From: Batkoa obscura
Taxonomy: Eukaryota
Length of the DNA stretch: 64,000 nucleotides
NCBI GenBank assembly: GCA_030770535.1
Contig: JASVEC010000010.1
Coordinates: 868,001-932,000, forward strand
Direction of reading: 5' to 3'
The translations under genes were made by a program, and so were the position numbers. Below are positions 50,682 through 62,285 of this stretch, one piece after another. The notes under the pieces are model-generated. The model was not told the origin of the DNA and did not search any database. It was given only the letters and a program-made list of their open reading frames with translations. Positions within the stretch are counted from its first letter, which is position 1. Every line of letters begins with the position of its first letter.

Positions 50682-53600
50682 CTAACTAAGCATATCTTCT
50701 CTATCAACCACATTATTATTCATATTACTTCCATCTTCCAATTGTGAAAAGTTCAAGTAATGAGCAGGTCTATGACGTTCGTCATAAAATGGTAAAGGTA
50801 CTTCTAAGCTAAGATGATATTCCTTATCAGGCTGATGAGAAGCACCCTGGAAATTATAATTCCAAATTGAATCAACAGGTGAAAGGAAAAATCCGAAAAA
50901 CTTGTCTGAAAGTAACATTTGAATACGCTCATAATGGGTTGGTAAGTATCCTGCTGGGTTAGTACCGCTTAGATCTTTGTTGGATGCTCCCCACTCATTA
51001 CCTGATGGTGTTACTTTGTAACAAGTGAGTGAACAAGAACCTGGTGTAAATGCACAGGTAATAATTACTGAAGTATCGATATCCCAACCTGGATAAGAGC
51101 CAAGTAATTTAGCATGTGTAGTAACGTCTTGTGGTGAAAGATGGGGTAACTCATTTGGCAGAGTATGGATCCAGCCTAAAGGTTCAAGGTCATTCAGCTG
51201 CTCATGTTCTGGTGGATTATTTGGAAGATGCACCATTTGGTGAGTACCCCATTGAGGCACCATAACTATGGAACGGATCTCTTTAACTTGTGGATTATCT
51301 TTTGGCGAAACACCATACAAAAATCCTGAAATTTGAGTTCGAAGATCAGAAATTATAATAAAACGCTTAAGTAAGTTTTTAGGCAACACATAAGTATACC
51401 CTGAATCCTTTAGATCATCACTAGCAACAAAGATGTGTTGGGTTCTCAATTGGAGATTGGTAGATGAAATAGCTCTTACTCTCCAATCTGTTTTAGAAGA
51501 AAAGGTTTGAGTTTCATACCCAGTTGTGGTAGTAGTAATAATTTCGTCTCCATGAATATTATGAGTTTTAGTGGTCACTGCCGTCAGTTGGCTTTGTTCT
51601 TTAGCTTGCTTTTCGATTTCAGCAATTTGTTGACGTTGAAGCGAAGGAGCTGAAATTTCCATACCAAGGATAATATCACGGATTTCAGGTTGAGTCAAAG
51701 AAGCAACGTTAACATTATTCTTTTTACCATAGTCTGCAAGGATAAGATCTTTTAAGGCAACCTCCACCTTAATCCATTCATCATCTGGTAAAGTGGGCCA
51801 GATATGATTTGCTTCAGTGATTGTATTCTTATCAGGACGAAGAATCATTTTAGTCTTATCATTATTCACATGAAGTGCTCTTAAAATCAAAATCAAACGG
51901 AAGAAAGCAGTATATGAGGAAATCGTCGTTAGGAAATTATCATAAAGATTAAACAGACACATCATTGGCTCATTCGCTTTAAGGATAAGATCTCCAAACT
52001 TCTCTACTTTAAGACAAGCTTGGAAAGGTAATTGTAACTCAGAACCTTTGATCACAATATTGGGGAAATCTAAAAGATGAACCTCAAGTGGATCCAACAT
52101 ACCCTTACGAGTAACAATGATTTGTCTTGGTTGTTCTTCCACTGGAAGTGAACGAATAAGAGCAGCTACTTCTTCAGCAGTCTTCCACTTGGCTAATTGG
52201 CCAAGACGTTTTTGTCCAGCCCATACCGAAGTATGAATAATCTTAAGGAAGAGATCACCATTACGTGGGTTGAAAATAAAGATAGCACCATTGATAGGTT
52301 TTGTGGTTAAATTACCTTCAAATGTCTTATGGATGGTAACGCGATAAACATTAGTATCATCCACAAACCAAATAATTTGATTTGAGAATAATTCACCGTA
52401 ATTTGTTGAGTTAAGGTATGGTTCGGTTGGTTCAGATGAATACAATTGCACACCTTTACGAATACGTTCACGGAGTACATAGAGAGCAGGATTAGCTTTA
52501 ATAATCTTACCCATGGCTTGCTGTGTAAGTGGCTTAAGCCCAGGGAACCAATTACCATAAGCAGAATAGAGATTGTAAGCAAGATCAACACCAATCATCA
52601 TACCAGTAGGTGAAGGGTAGATACTCATATTATCTGTAGTATAATCTAAGAACTTGGCACGAGTGTAACGTTCAACATCATGAGAGTCAAAGTCACCCCA
52701 GCGTAATTGGATATCAATCCAGAATTTTTGAATAGTACCATTATCCATTGAATCTTTATTATCATTCAAAAGGGAAGGTCTGGATACACCCCATTTATAA
52801 CTAGCAAACAAGAGAATATCCGCACATGAACTGTTCATTTTATAACTTTTACGTGGATGGATCGTTTCTTTTTGTACTGACTCAATTTGCAAGGCTTCGG
52901 ATTCTTGGTCAAACACTTGCACCATATCCATCACCAATGCTTCGTGGATTTTTTGCCACAAATGTGCACGGAAAATTTGAATCAAGGAAATTTTAAGTGT
53001 TGGGATTTTACCATGCATAAAAATACCTGTTAAATCAAGTTGTACTTGGAAACCAACATACACATTTGAATTGTGGACAACGGCATTATTACCAAGTAAA
53101 AAGAGCTTGTCGGAATCCTCGTCTAAAGTTATACCACAATATTGGCCTAGAGTTCCAGCTGTTTTAACAACATTAAATCTATATTCAACTGGTAAATATT
53201 GAACAGCGATTGGGGCCTCCCTGCGTTTGCGATCAATTGATGAGAGACTGAGTACTTTAGTTAAAGCACTGCAAGGCACAAACGTTACGCAGGACTCAAA
53301 GCCATTATTAGTTTCATGATTTGAAACAGAATATTTGATACCAAGGGAGCGAGCTAAAGCTAAGGCACCAGTAACAATGTTTTGGTGTATTGAAGTAAAT
53401 ACTACTTTTTGGTATTTTTCTCTGGCTTCTTTGAAATCATTGTATCGGGTCAACTCCATCTTATTTTCAAGCTCTTTATCTTCTGGATTTGGATTAACAA
53501 CTTCACCATCTGAATCAATTAAACCAGCCAAGAGATTCTCACGGACAGATATAGATTCAGTAAAAAACCATGTTGGTACAACCTTAGGTTGAGATCTTTT

Positions 53601-56600
53601 CATATTGAGTTGGCACATCAAATTCCATATTTTATTTGTTTTAATTTCTTTATTAACATTCACTTCTTCAGATACTAACTCTCCAATGTTTAATGCTTCA
53701 GCTCCGATGTTATGATATATTGCTCTAACACGTTTCATTTGACTTATATAGTCTTTATTGTCAGCATTCTTTTCTGCTGTTCTATCGCCGGCAATCCATA
53801 AACCAACAAGCCAGGCAACATTGTTTACTTCGCTAGCAGGCAAGCCTTCTTTTTTACATATTTCTTCAAATTTATTATTTCCAAGCAATACTGGTGCTAC
53901 AAGCTGGTAAGTTAATTGACGGATACTTTCATCCACAAATGAGTATAATTGTGTCTCAAGTTCCCAAGTAATGGTTGATTTACTCAAGTTGATTAAATTG
54001 TCTCTAAATCCTTTTGCAGCCTCGAATGTATTTGCTTTAGAGTTCTCATAATCTGATATATGGAACGATTTTTTGATCCAAGCAACCATTTGAATTTCCT
54101 CACCATTAAATTCTCTTGTTACAAGTGAAGTATAATTGATATAGAAGGATTCACCAGTTTGTTCATCTTTAGTCACTTCACCAACAGTCATATGGGTAGT
54201 CAGATGTAATAAATGCCTAGAATTACTGGTATACTTAATAAGATCTAATCCCTCTTCATTACTTGACTTTTCTTGGTCATGATGTACTTCGCAAACCTCA
54301 TACATAGTATCTTGTCCTGAGTGAACCCCAGTTACCTTCCTTGGCTTTGAGTCCATACCCAATACATTGTCTCCAATTTTAATGTCTTTAATAGCACGAA
54401 TAGACCCATCAGCCATGTATACAGGAGTAGAAGGAGCAAAGCACCTGTTGATCGTAGGTGACCACCAAAGAGTAAAACGACGATTTGGAATTTGATTCAA
54501 ACCAGATCTCTGTGCATTTGTGAGCTTCTTGTATTTCATACTTTCTTCGAATCCAGAGTTATGTACTACCATACTATCTGATCTTAAGAATCTTTGATTA
54601 CCGTCAACTAAGAAACCGTAATATTCTTGAGGTTCAGTCATTTTAATTGAAACAATTGGAACAAAGAATTCCTTGATGGCTACTGCATTGGTATCCGAAT
54701 TGATACTATTTTCGGGATTTTCATCAATATATAAAGCTGGATCAGCTTCGACCTTTTCAAAATCTGTTTCATTAATATAAATAAATTCTTCACTTTGATT
54801 AATAGCAACTTTATAAAGAGACCAAATATGCTGAACATGTTGAGGCAATGAAAGTAAATCTCTTACAGTTGTTTCAATTTGGTAAGTTTTAACTGCAGCA
54901 GAAGTTGTTTCTAAATGTTTCAAGAAATTAGCGCCTGCGTCACCTGCTTCTTTTTTAGTTTGAATTTCTTTTTCTCCAACCTTGAAGCTCATAGAGCAGT
55001 ATCCACTATTGTACCAATAGACAGTATAAGAAGATGAATCTTCGCTCCAGGACATAACCGCCTTATTTGAAGATGCTAAGCATAAAATATGATTACCAGT
55101 AACAGTTAAAGCTTCGCCAACACGGGGTAAAATTTCATATAATGGTGCAACGCCTTGAACGACTTCCTTAATATTGCGTGGTAATTGATCATCACCCATT
55201 AGTTTATCATTCACACTAACATCTTTAGCTAATTTTATAGATCCATCTTGGAGCATAAGTGGAGTAGCACCAGAGAAACAAGCTTTTTCCCAAAACAGAC
55301 CTTCCCAAGTAGGGAAGTAAGTACCTTTAAACAATGTATGTTCTAAAATACCTTCAACACCACCCAAGGCTTGAATCATATCAGTACGATAATTATTTAG
55401 ATTCCAAAGTTTACCATCGTGGCGTTGATGGGTCCACCAGAATGGATTATTTTTGAGTATTTGGTACTGTTTGAAATCAGTACGAACACGCCACCCTTTA
55501 TCATAGGCAAGGGTATGTCGATCCTTTTGGAATAAGGTATTAATTCTAGGGATACCTCGATCCCAACTATCTTCCAAATCTTCAAGAGTAAGTCGACGAT
55601 TTTGTGCTGTAGCTTCTTGACGTTTCAAAGCATATTCTGCCCATACACGTTGCGAATCAATAAACTCAGATTCCCAAGGTTGAAGATAACGAAATAAATT
55701 AGGAATCAAGGTATCTTCATCATGGGACATACCAGATCTAAAATGAGTGATACCAGTTTCAGTTTGACGTGACCATCTAAGGTCGGATTGTGGGATAAGT
55801 ACATGGCCCATAGACAACATACCTAGACCACCCAATTCCTTTGGACAATTATGACCAATTAAAAAGTCACCATGACAGAATAATTGTGATTGTCCTTTTT
55901 CTACTTGGAAACCATAATACTCATCAACTGCTTCAGCTTGGCTGGAGATCTCAAAGATACGATAATTGACTTTTGGAATGGCTGATTTCATACTTGCGAG
56001 TTTGACAAATTTACAAGGCAACACATCTAAATCGCTACTTAAATACACTTTTCCTACATACTCAGTAGAATCTTTGCTTTTAGTCTTTGTAGCAATAGTA
56101 GATAAACCAAGGGATCGACCCAACTCATAGACTAATTTCAATACGGGCTCATTTGAACCAAGGCTTTTAATAAAAACATACCCATCATCTTGAACTTGAC
56201 CACTTGAATCAATTAAACCTGCAAGTAAAGCACGACGAACATAGCCAGGCTCTTGTACAAAACGTTCGATTTCACTGTAATCATTAATTGTACTGTGATC
56301 TATGCACATCTTTGTTAGTAAAGCCTTAAATATGTCGATATCGATGTTCTTATTGGTTGAAGCATTTGATTTTGTAAATCCAGGGCTACCAAGGTGTGCT
56401 CCGATTGCCCAAGCGTAATCTTCAGCAGAATCCTTATTAAGCTTGTTTTTAAAGCTATGGCAAGAATGTAATAAACTTGGTATGCTTCTATTTTTGCTTC
56501 CAATCGGCCATTCTTCGATCGAAGTACTATATCTCATCATACATGGTAAAACTTTGGTTCCTGTTTTTATCATTTGTGATCTGTATTTATTGTATTCACT

Positions 56601-59600
56601 TACGCTTACAATCCATTCATTAGAATTTGACAAACCTTCAATGACATTCATAATCACTTCATCAATATCATTTTCATGTTTAATATACGTTGCATAATCA
56701 AATTCTACCAACTTTTCGATTTCAAATGGACGGATCAATTTAAGCATGGAATCGAATTTAAGCTTCCAATAATATACTTTATAAACTACGTTGGATTGGT
56801 TGGCTTTAACTTCTTCAATATCATAAAAGCACTGTACAACTCTTGAAACCTTTGGAATTTGTAAAACTAACAAATGGTTTTCATTACATAGAAATCCAGG
56901 CTCAAATAACAGCTCTTCATTATAGGCACAATTTAAAGCCTTTGAAAGTTTAACTCTATATAATGGTGCAGTACCTGAAACTAAATGTTCTACTCTACGG
57001 ATTTTACCATCATCACCAAGCACTTGGTTTCCAACTTTGATTTCTTCAATTGACTTTGTGGTACCATTAGCTAAACGTATAGGCATCCCCTTACCATAAC
57101 AATAGAATACAACAGGTGGGAAACGACTAGGCATTTTAGAATTAAGACCAATTTTTACACGAGTTTGAATCTTTGATTCACTCTTAACCAAAAGATCTAA
57201 GATTTCACGAGTATGTACTACTGCTTCACGATAATATGTCATTAATCCAATCAAAGCTGTATTCCATTTGTTGACAATCTTTGAAAAGGTAGTGGATCCA
57301 GAGGACATTAATATTTGACGGATACGATTATTGAAACGCTGGATAGACTCATCATCTACCCTTAAAAAGGCTTGTGCAGTACGTTCTTTAGTTTGTTCAT
57401 TAATTAAATTCCATACACCATCTTTAAGTGAAAATGTTTCTTCCTTTGCACGAATCTTTGGCAAAATTCGAACTTCAAATCCACACATGGAGAATAAAAG
57501 ATTGGGATTATCTCTTGAGTAAACACTCACAAATGTTTCTTCCCAATCAAGGGTTGTAACTGATCTTGGTAAACGATTTTTCATATCCCAAAAGGTAGCA
57601 CGACCTAAATTGACATCGTGCTTCATCAAACGCATTCTACAATCACGTGGCCAGCATTTTTTGTTATTGTAACCAACAATATTTTCATTATTAGGATCCG
57701 GATGCTCTGTTAAATATCTTTGAATCAAATCTCTTGATTCATCAGCACTGAATCTGAAAAGTATATAAATACGATCTATATAACGAGAGTAAAGTCTTAT
57801 TGGATGTTTAGTTTCAGTAGGAACATCTCTAAATTGCAAAAAGTCATTTGGGAGTTGAGGCGGTCCAGCCATTTCAGATGCTCTTTGTAAACCAAGGAGC
57901 AATAAATCCAAGACTAAGCCCCAGAACTGATAAATGAACGAAGCAAATTGTAAACCACGAATTAAACCATAAGAATTTAAATGATTCATATCCTTATAAT
58001 TAAGAACAACATTATTTTTTGCTGACATATAATCGGCTAAATTATGATCCAAGATTAAACGTAAAAGTCTATTCAAAACTGTAATATCCACTTTCTCATA
58101 TACTTTGTTAAGCCTTGTTTCTACCATTACATTACATTCACCTTCAGATGTTTCCCAAATATCAGTAAGATTGTTAATTCCTTGACACCATTTGTAAGTA
58201 AGCAATGGAGGAGGTTCATTATCTGATGGTTTAATCCATGCTGGGAAGAGATGACGCTTATCAGCTTCATACCAAAGATATTGATCAAGGTAGGCATCAG
58301 TGATCTTTTCCATTGGTTCCACGTCATAAACCGGGATAAGATGAGAGTATAAATCCATGAACTCAATTCCTACTTCTTTAAATGCTCTTTGGGTCAAAAG
58401 TAAACGTTTAATTCTAGAAAGAGCTTCATGAGGATTATCATAAGCTTGTTCAATTAAACCGAGTTCTTCACGTTGAGATTGATTCAAACGTCCTTTTACA
58501 GAGTACGCTTCTCTTAAGCGTTCAAGAGCAAGGATCAACAATTTGGTATCGTGTTTATATGAGAGTGGTGGGAAAGGAATAGGAGTGAATTTTCTAGATT
58601 CGAGCCAGTGTACTGTTGAAGTGAAGATTGCAACAGCTTCTTCAGGAGAAATATAAGGACCATCTTTAAGATAATTATGTTGTCTTTCTTGCTCAGCTTT
58701 AAGCCACAATCTGGTCAAACGTCCTAAATTCTTTTTGCAAACTGTTTTATCAACTGTTGCTCCTCTACGGATACGTTCACGATTATAATGGGCTACACTG
58801 GTCCACCAATCAGCTTTGGATTTGACATAACGGAGGATCATATTTTCTATAGGGGTAGGCAGACCTGGTACTTTCCATGGAATATTGGCTTTCCAACAAT
58901 TGTGGGCAACAATGAAATTTCCAAGTAAAAAGAGAGGGTCTTTACCATCTAACTCGAAACCAAAATATTCACCTTTACTTGAGACTTCAGTGACATCAAA
59001 TTGGTTATTGTTGTTGTCTTCCATAGCTACACTTTCTCCTTTCAGTTTGTTTATAAAAGGAAGAGTTGAAAATTCCCTGCCAAAAATATTAATCTGTTCC
59101 TCCCTATTTGATACAAATAAACCAAGAGATCTTGCAACTTGTATTACTAATTGTTTTAAAATAGGACTGATCTCATTGACTTTGATTTTAAGCTTTAAAT
59201 CAAGTTGATCGATATTGAATGGCAATGATTCTAATATACCGGCTAATATATTCGAGCGGAATAACTTTGATTGGTTCATAACACATGAAGCTAATAAATC
59301 AGAAGAAGGAAGTTCTTTCAATTTGCTTATACAATCCCATGCCATACTTCCAACACTTATATTACTATTGGGTTCTTTTATTCTAGTAAATGAAGCAAAT
59401 TGCTGACCAATAGCATAAGCTACCGAGTTGATCGGTGCTGGAGTTTGATCTAATTCACCAGATGCTTTAAAATGTAAATTATGGATAACTTGTTCTAAAT
59501 CTAATTCTGAAGAATATGGGAATTCGTTGACAGATTGACGAATCATAGTGAAAGTAAAAGAGGAGTGAAGAAGAGTTTTGGAAAATTTAACATAATTAAG

Positions 59601-62285
59601 TGAAGAAACTTCCCATCCAGCATTCAAAATGGTTGAATGATCTTTTTGGAGAGCTTTAATTGCACTTGGCTTGTCTTCAAATCTATATATTGTGACTGGG
59701 TGATTTTGTTTTAATTTAATGGTAGAACTGTCACCCCACGTGTATACTGATCCAACAACAGACGGTGCTTCAAACCCAAGTTCTTCATTATATCTGATTT
59801 GAGGATGATAAAATGCAGCATATTTCTTGTTGGAATCTCTAGACATAATTATATTACCTGAAGTAGAGCAATTAAGAACCAAAGTATGTTCATCATTACA
59901 TGTAAATAATTCTTCCTGAGTTTCTTTATCGCTGAACTTATACAAAGTTGAATGACCATACATTGTATCCTTCACTTTTTTTGGTTTTTGATCTTTACCC
60001 AAAACTCTATCCCCGATCTCAATATTTTCTACGCATTTTAAGTTACCATCAGCCATCATAACTTTAGTTCCACGAGCAAAACAACGCCATGCTTCACTGA
60101 GATGCTGTAAAATGGTTTTAGATTTATTGGCAGAAATACCTTCAGGCATCATATCTGTAATATCATGCATTACTGCAGCACGAAGTTCGAGGTCATAGTG
60201 GGATTCTACTCTCTGCTTAGTAACCGTTTTAGCAATACCTTTAGAATGACGTCCTTCAAATTGACGAGCAAGTAAATTACCAAGCCAGCGTTCGAGAAGT
60301 GGGACAATACCACGTAAGAAAAATAGCCATACTCTCCATCCTGGGGCCCAAAAACCACAACCAGGACCTTTGCCGACTGGCCCAGTATTGAATCTATAGT
60401 AGATCAAATGTTTTAAATCCTTGGTGAGACGGACTTGTCTCATTAATTTATACTTATAACGATACATACCAGTAAGCTGACCAACATGGGCAAAGATATA
60501 CTGAAGACCATCAGCTAATTGGAAAGCATCAACATTGCCTAAACGATATTGTACATGTGAATCAACCACAAGCTTAGTAAGCCTTAAAATTTCACGACAA
60601 AGATGGAAAGCATTTCCGAAACGAGATTTCTTACGTTCTTTAGTTGTTAAAGTTTTAATAGGCTTTAAATTGAAATTATAATCAAGATGGAGATAATTCA
60701 AATTTTTACGATGAATTAATAAATTCAGCATATTGTAACCTTGACGACACACTTGTAACCCTGCTTCTACCCAATCAAGATCAGTAATTTGGAAAAACTT
60801 GGTTGCTTTCAATTGACGGAATAAGTACTTTTTGTTTAACGCTTTAGGTTTACGATGCTTCAAGACATTCAAAACATAACATTTTAGTAACTTTTGGTAA
60901 GAAACACGGACCTTTACGGGTTGATCTGGTGGACAATGCTCTAAGTACCAATTTTTGACAAGTGGGATATCTTGAGCACGTCTAGTGTTACCTGAACGCT
61001 TATCAAAAGGATGAGGGGCCCAGTAAAGAGCAATAGCATTTGAAGTATTATCAGTGTAAAGTGGAGCATCTTCAAAGAAAGGAGTTACATTTTCTGGTAA
61101 AGAGAATTCGAGATCTTCATCTTCATCACCAAATATACTTTGTTCATGTAATCCAGAGATGCTTTTATCTTCGAAATCACGTGTAGAAATTGGATTAATA
61201 ATAGGATCAAAATAAAATGTAGGTAATTGAGGGTCATCATTACGAATGTAAACAACAGTTGGATAATGATACCATGAAACATGAACTGCTCTTGGTAAGG
61301 AATTATATAAAAATGGAAAAGCAATCTTATACTCAGTACGAATTTGTTGACGAATGATAATCTTATTAATATCATTAAACTCATTCCAATCTTCATCAGC
61401 TGGGTCTAAATCTCTATATAAAGGCTCAAACTTAGGGCCACCTGGAATAGCTAAATTAAGTGATTTAGCAGTTATAAAAGAATTGACATCAAAAAGATAA
61501 AAGTAATTCTTATCATTGAGATCAGATAAAAGTTGATGTGCTAAACGGTACAACGCTGACATGATTGGAAGATCAAGGTTCCATTTACGATAAGTATCGC
61601 CATTGATGAATTTTGTGCCAAGGAGTGGTTTATGGTCATAAAACCATTCATAAACTGCGCTATCTTCTTCTGGATCTAACTCCATTTGAATAGGCTCAAG
61701 AGGATCGACATCTAATATATTGTCACCATAATCTAATGGAGGTTCTTCATCATCAAAAGGAGGGAAACGCATACGTTTAAAATGACGACGGTCTCTTTTT
61801 TCTCTGCGCATCATAATCCACATGGTACCCCATTGAGCAAGGTAGATTGGCTCAACCACACGAGGTACCTCATTAACAAAAGTGATAGCACCAGTAATAT
61901 GATACAAAACTGGGACTTCTCTTTCTTGTTCCCAGGGCATAGGCATGTTTTCTAATAACTTTAAAACGGCATGAGGGATATATTTAAGGGCACCCAAATA
62001 GATACGCTTATCATGGCGAAATTTTTTCGAAGACATATCACCATGGTCTTTAATGATTTTTCTAACGTGCTCCGGTGGCATTTTTTGCTTTTCTTGTTCA
62101 GCGAACCCGAATTTTCTTTTGTCGCCATAACGTTTTGAGTTCATTTGTTGCCATCTCTTAGCCTTCTCTTTGATTTTTTCGAGAAATCTAGCATTTTGAG
62201 GATCTAAAAGGTTATCCTCAGAAGCAGAAACTTGATAAGGATAATAATTTGAATTATTAGGAGCAGAATCTCCCTGTTCAGTCAT
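50682..62285 (-). CDS. PRP8: Pre-mRNA splicing factor Prp8 precursor (3867 aa) containing four inteins; mature ~2355 aa
   Basis: Continuous Prp8 homology from [15 protein letters not shown] to the Jab1/MPN region LGWIHT; four in-frame insertions, each bounded by Cys...His-Asn; ATG of MTEQG at 62285. Confidence 0.98.
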   Translation of the reverse strand: MTEQGDSAPNNSNYYPYQVSASEDNLLDPQNARFLEKIKEKAKRWQQMNSKRYGDKRKFGFAEQEKQKMPPEHVRKIIKDHGDMSSKKFRHDKRIYLGALKYIPHAVLKLLENMPMPWEQEREVPVLYHITGAITFVNEVPRVVEPIYLAQWGTMWIMMRREKRDRRHFKRMRFPPFDDEEPPLDYGDNILDVDPLEPIQMELDPEEDSAVYEWFYDHKPLLGTKFINGDTYRKWNLDLPIMSALYRLAHQLLSDLNDKNYFYLFDVNSFITAKSLNLAIPGGPKFEPLYRDLDPADEDWNEFNDINKIIIRQQIRTEYKIAFPFLYNSLPRAVHVSWYHYPTVVYIRNDDPQLPTFYFDPIINPISTRDFEDKSISGLHEQSIFGDEDEDLEFSLPENVTPFFEDAPLYTDNTSNAIALYWAPHPFDKRSGNTRRAQDIPLVKNWYLEHCPPDQPVKVRVSYQKLLKCYVLNVLKHRKPKALNKKYLFRQLKATKFFQITDLDWVEAGLQVCRQGYNMLNLLIHRKNLNYLHLDYNFNLKPIKTLTTKERKKSRFGNAFHLCREILRLTKLVVDSHVQYRLGNVDAFQLADGLQYIFAHVGQLTGMYRYKYKLMRQVRLTKDLKHLIYYRFNTGPVGKGPGCGFWAPGWRVWLFFLRGIVPLLERWLGNLLARQFEGRHSKGIAKTVTKQRVESHYDLELRAAVMHDITDMMPEGISANKSKTILQHLSEAWRCFARGTKVMMADGNLKCVENIEIGDRVLGKDQKPKKVKDTMYGHSTLYKFSDKETQEELFTCNDEHTLVLNCSTSGNIIMSRDSNKKYAAFYHPQIRYNEELGFEAPSVVGSVYTWGDSSTIKLKQNHPVTIYRFEDKPSAIKALQKDHSTILNAGWEVSSLNYVKFSKTLLHSSFTFTMIRQSVNEFPYSSELDLEQVIHNLHFKASGELDQTPAPINSVAYAIGQQFASFTRIKEPNSNISVGSMAWDCISKLKELPSSDLLASCVMNQSKLFRSNILAGILESLPFNIDQLDLKLKIKVNEISPILKQLVIQVARSLGLFVSNREEQINIFGREFSTLPFINKLKGESVAMEDNNNNQFDVTEVSSKGEYFGFELDGKDPLFLLGNFIVAHNCWKANIPWKVPGLPTPIENMILRYVKSKADWWTSVAHYNRERIRRGATVDKTVCKKNLGRLTRLWLKAEQERQHNYLKDGPYISPEEAVAIFTSTVHWLESRKFTPIPFPPLSYKHDTKLLILALERLREAYSVKGRLNQSQREELGLIEQAYDNPHEALSRIKRLLLTQRAFKEVGIEFMDLYSHLIPVYDVEPMEKITDAYLDQYLWYEADKRHLFPAWIKPSDNEPPPLLTYKWCQGINNLTDIWETSEGECNVMVETRLNKVYEKVDITVLNRLLRLILDHNLADYMSAKNNVVLNYKDMNHLNSYGLIRGLQFASFIYQFWGLVLDLLLLGLQRASEMAGPPQLPNDFLQFRDVPTETKHPIRLYSRYIDRIYILFRFSADESRDLIQRYLTEHPDPNNENIVGYNNKKCWPRDCRMRLMKHDVNLGRATFWDMKNRLPRSVTTLDWEETFVSVYSRDNPNLLFSMCGFEVRILPKIRAKEETFSLKDGVWNLINEQTKERTAQAFLRVDDESIQRFNNRIRQILMSSGSTTFSKIVNKWNTALIGLMTYYREAVVHTREILDLLVKSESKIQTRVKIGLNSKMPSRFPPVVFYCYGKGMPIRLANGTTKSIEEIKVGNQVLGDDGKIRRVEHLVSGTAPLYRVKLSKALNCAYNEELLFEPGFLCNENHLLVLQIPKVSRVVQCFYDIEEVKANQSNVVYKVYYWKLKFDSMLKLIRPFEIEKLVEFDYATYIKHENDIDEVIMNVIEGLSNSNEWIVSVSEYNKYRSQMIKTGTKVLPCMMRYSTSIEEWPIGSKNRSIPSLLHSCHSFKNKLNKDSAEDYAWAIGAHLGSPGFTKSNASTNKNIDIDIFKALLTKMCIDHSTINDYSEIERFVQEPGYVRRALLAGLIDSSGQVQDDGYVFIKSLGSNEPVLKLVYELGRSLGLSTIATKTKSKDSTEYVGKVYLSSDLDVLPCKFVKLASMKSAIPKVNYRIFEISSQAEAVDEYYGFQVEKGQSQLFCHGDFLIGHNCPKELGGLGMLSMGHVLIPQSDLRWSRQTETGITHFRSGMSHDEDTLIPNLFRYLQPWESEFIDSQRVWAEYALKRQEATAQNRRLTLEDLEDSWDRGIPRINTLFQKDRHTLAYDKGWRVRTDFKQYQILKNNPFWWTHQRHDGKLWNLNNYRTDMIQALGGVEGILEHTLFKGTYFPTWEGLFWEKACFSGATPLMLQDGSIKLAKDVSVNDKLMGDDQLPRNIKEVVQGVAPLYEILPRVGEALTVTGNHILCLASSNKAVMSWSEDSSSYTVYWYNSGYCSMSFKVGEKEIQTKKEAGDAGANFLKHLETTSAAVKTYQIETTVRDLLSLPQHVQHIWSLYKVAINQSEEFIYINETDFEKVEADPALYIDENPENSINSDTNAVAIKEFFVPIVSIKMTEPQEYYGFLVDGNQRFLRSDSMVVHNSGFEESMKYKKLTNAQRSGLNQIPNRRFTLWWSPTINRCFAPSTPVYMADGSIRAIKDIKIGDNVLGMDSKPRKVTGVHSGQDTMYEVCEVHHDQEKSSNEEGLDLIKYTSNSRHLLHLTTHMTVGEVTKDEQTGESFYINYTSLVTREFNGEEIQMVAWIKKSFHISDYENSKANTFEAAKGFRDNLINLSKSTITWELETQLYSFVDESIRQLTYQLVAPVLLGNNKFEEICKKEGLPASEVNNVAWLVGLWIAGDRTAEKNADNKDYISQMKRVRAIYHNIGAEALNIGELVSEEVNVNKEIKTNKIWNLMCQLNMKRSQPKVVPTWFFTESISVRENLLAGLIDSDGEVVNPNPEDKELENKMELTRYNDFKEAREKYQKVVFTSIHQNIVTGALALARSLGIKYSVSNHETNNGFESCVTFVPCSALTKVLSLSSIDRKRREAPIAVQYLPVEYRFNVVKTAGTLGQYCGITLDEDSDKLFLLGNNAVVHNSNVYVGFQVQLDLTGIFMHGKIPTLKISLIQIFRAHLWQKIHEALVMDMVQVFDQESEALQIESVQKETIHPRKSYKMNSSCADILLFASYKWGVSRPSLLNDNKDSMDNGTIQKFWIDIQLRWGDFDSHDVERYTRAKFLDYTTDNMSIYPSPTGMMIGVDLAYNLYSAYGNWFPGLKPLTQQAMGKIIKANPALYVLRERIRKGVQLYSSEPTEPYLNSTNYGELFSNQIIWFVDDTNVYRVTIHKTFEGNLTTKPINGAIFIFNPRNGDLFLKIIHTSVWAGQKRLGQLAKWKTAEEVAALIRSLPVEEQPRQIIVTRKGMLDPLEVHLLDFPNIVIKGSELQLPFQACLKVEKFGDLILKANEPMMCLFNLYDNFLTTISSYTAFFRLILILRALHVNNDKTKMILRPDKNTITEANHIWPTLPDDEWIKVEVALKDLILADYGKKNNVNVASLTQPEIRDIILGMEISAPSLQRQQIAEIEKQAKEQSQLTAVTTKTHNIHGDEIITTTTTGYETQTFSSKTDWRVRAISSTNLQLRTQHIFVASDDLKDSGYTYVLPKNLLKRFIIISDLRTQISGFLYGVSPKDNPQVKEIRSIVMVPQWGTHQMVHLPNNPPEHEQLNDLEPLGWIHTLPNELPHLSPQDVTTHAKLLGSYPGWDIDTSVIITCAFTPGSCSLTCYKVTPSGNEWGASNKDLSGTNPAGYLPTHYERIQMLLSDKFFGFFLSPVDSIWNYNFQGASHQPDKEYHLSLEVPLPFYDERHRPAHYLNFSQLEDGSNMNNNVVDREDMLS
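53070..54443 (-). mobile_element. Prp8 intein 4 (458 aa) at [15 protein letters not shown]; full-length LAGLIDADG, PI-SceI-like
   Basis: Starts [13 protein letters not shown]; block [43 protein letters not shown]; ends [24 protein letters not shown], +1 Ser. Confidence 0.96.
54558..55280 (-). mobile_element. Prp8 intein 3 (241 aa mini-intein) at the canonical FWEKA|SGFEES site
   Basis: Starts [13 protein letters not shown]; block B TVTGNHIL; ends [22 protein letters not shown], +1 Ser; no LAGLIDADG motif. Confidence 0.96.
55848..57101 (-). mobile_element. Prp8 intein 2 (418 aa) at [15 protein letters not shown]; partially degenerate LAGLIDADG domain
   Basis: Starts [13 protein letters not shown]; block [26 protein letters not shown]; ends YYGFQV..FLIGHN, +1 Cys. 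Confidence 0.95.
58899..60083 (-). mobile_element. Prp8 intein 1 (395 aa) at [15 protein letters not shown]; degenerate LAGLIDADG domain
   Basis: Starts [13 protein letters not shown]; block B TCNDEHTL; ends [19 protein letters not shown], +1 Cys; remnants AYAIGQ, LAGILES, ARSLG. Confidence 0.95.

Noticed and set aside
53070..60083. PRP8 insertions as spliceosomal or group I introns
   Set aside because: All are multiples of 3, stop-free, in frame and bounded by Cys...His-Asn/(Cys,Ser) rather than GT..AG
52307..61396. Short alternative-frame and antisense ORFs within PRP8 (and similarly within the TF and LPMO genes)
   Set aside because: Short, no recognisable motifs, expected by chance over long coding regions
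1..62285. Co-location of RNA-processing genes (CWC27, DIS3L2, RPC25, PRP8) as a functional cluster
   Set aside because: Spread over 60 kb among unrelated housekeeping genes; no evidence beyond ordinary gene order
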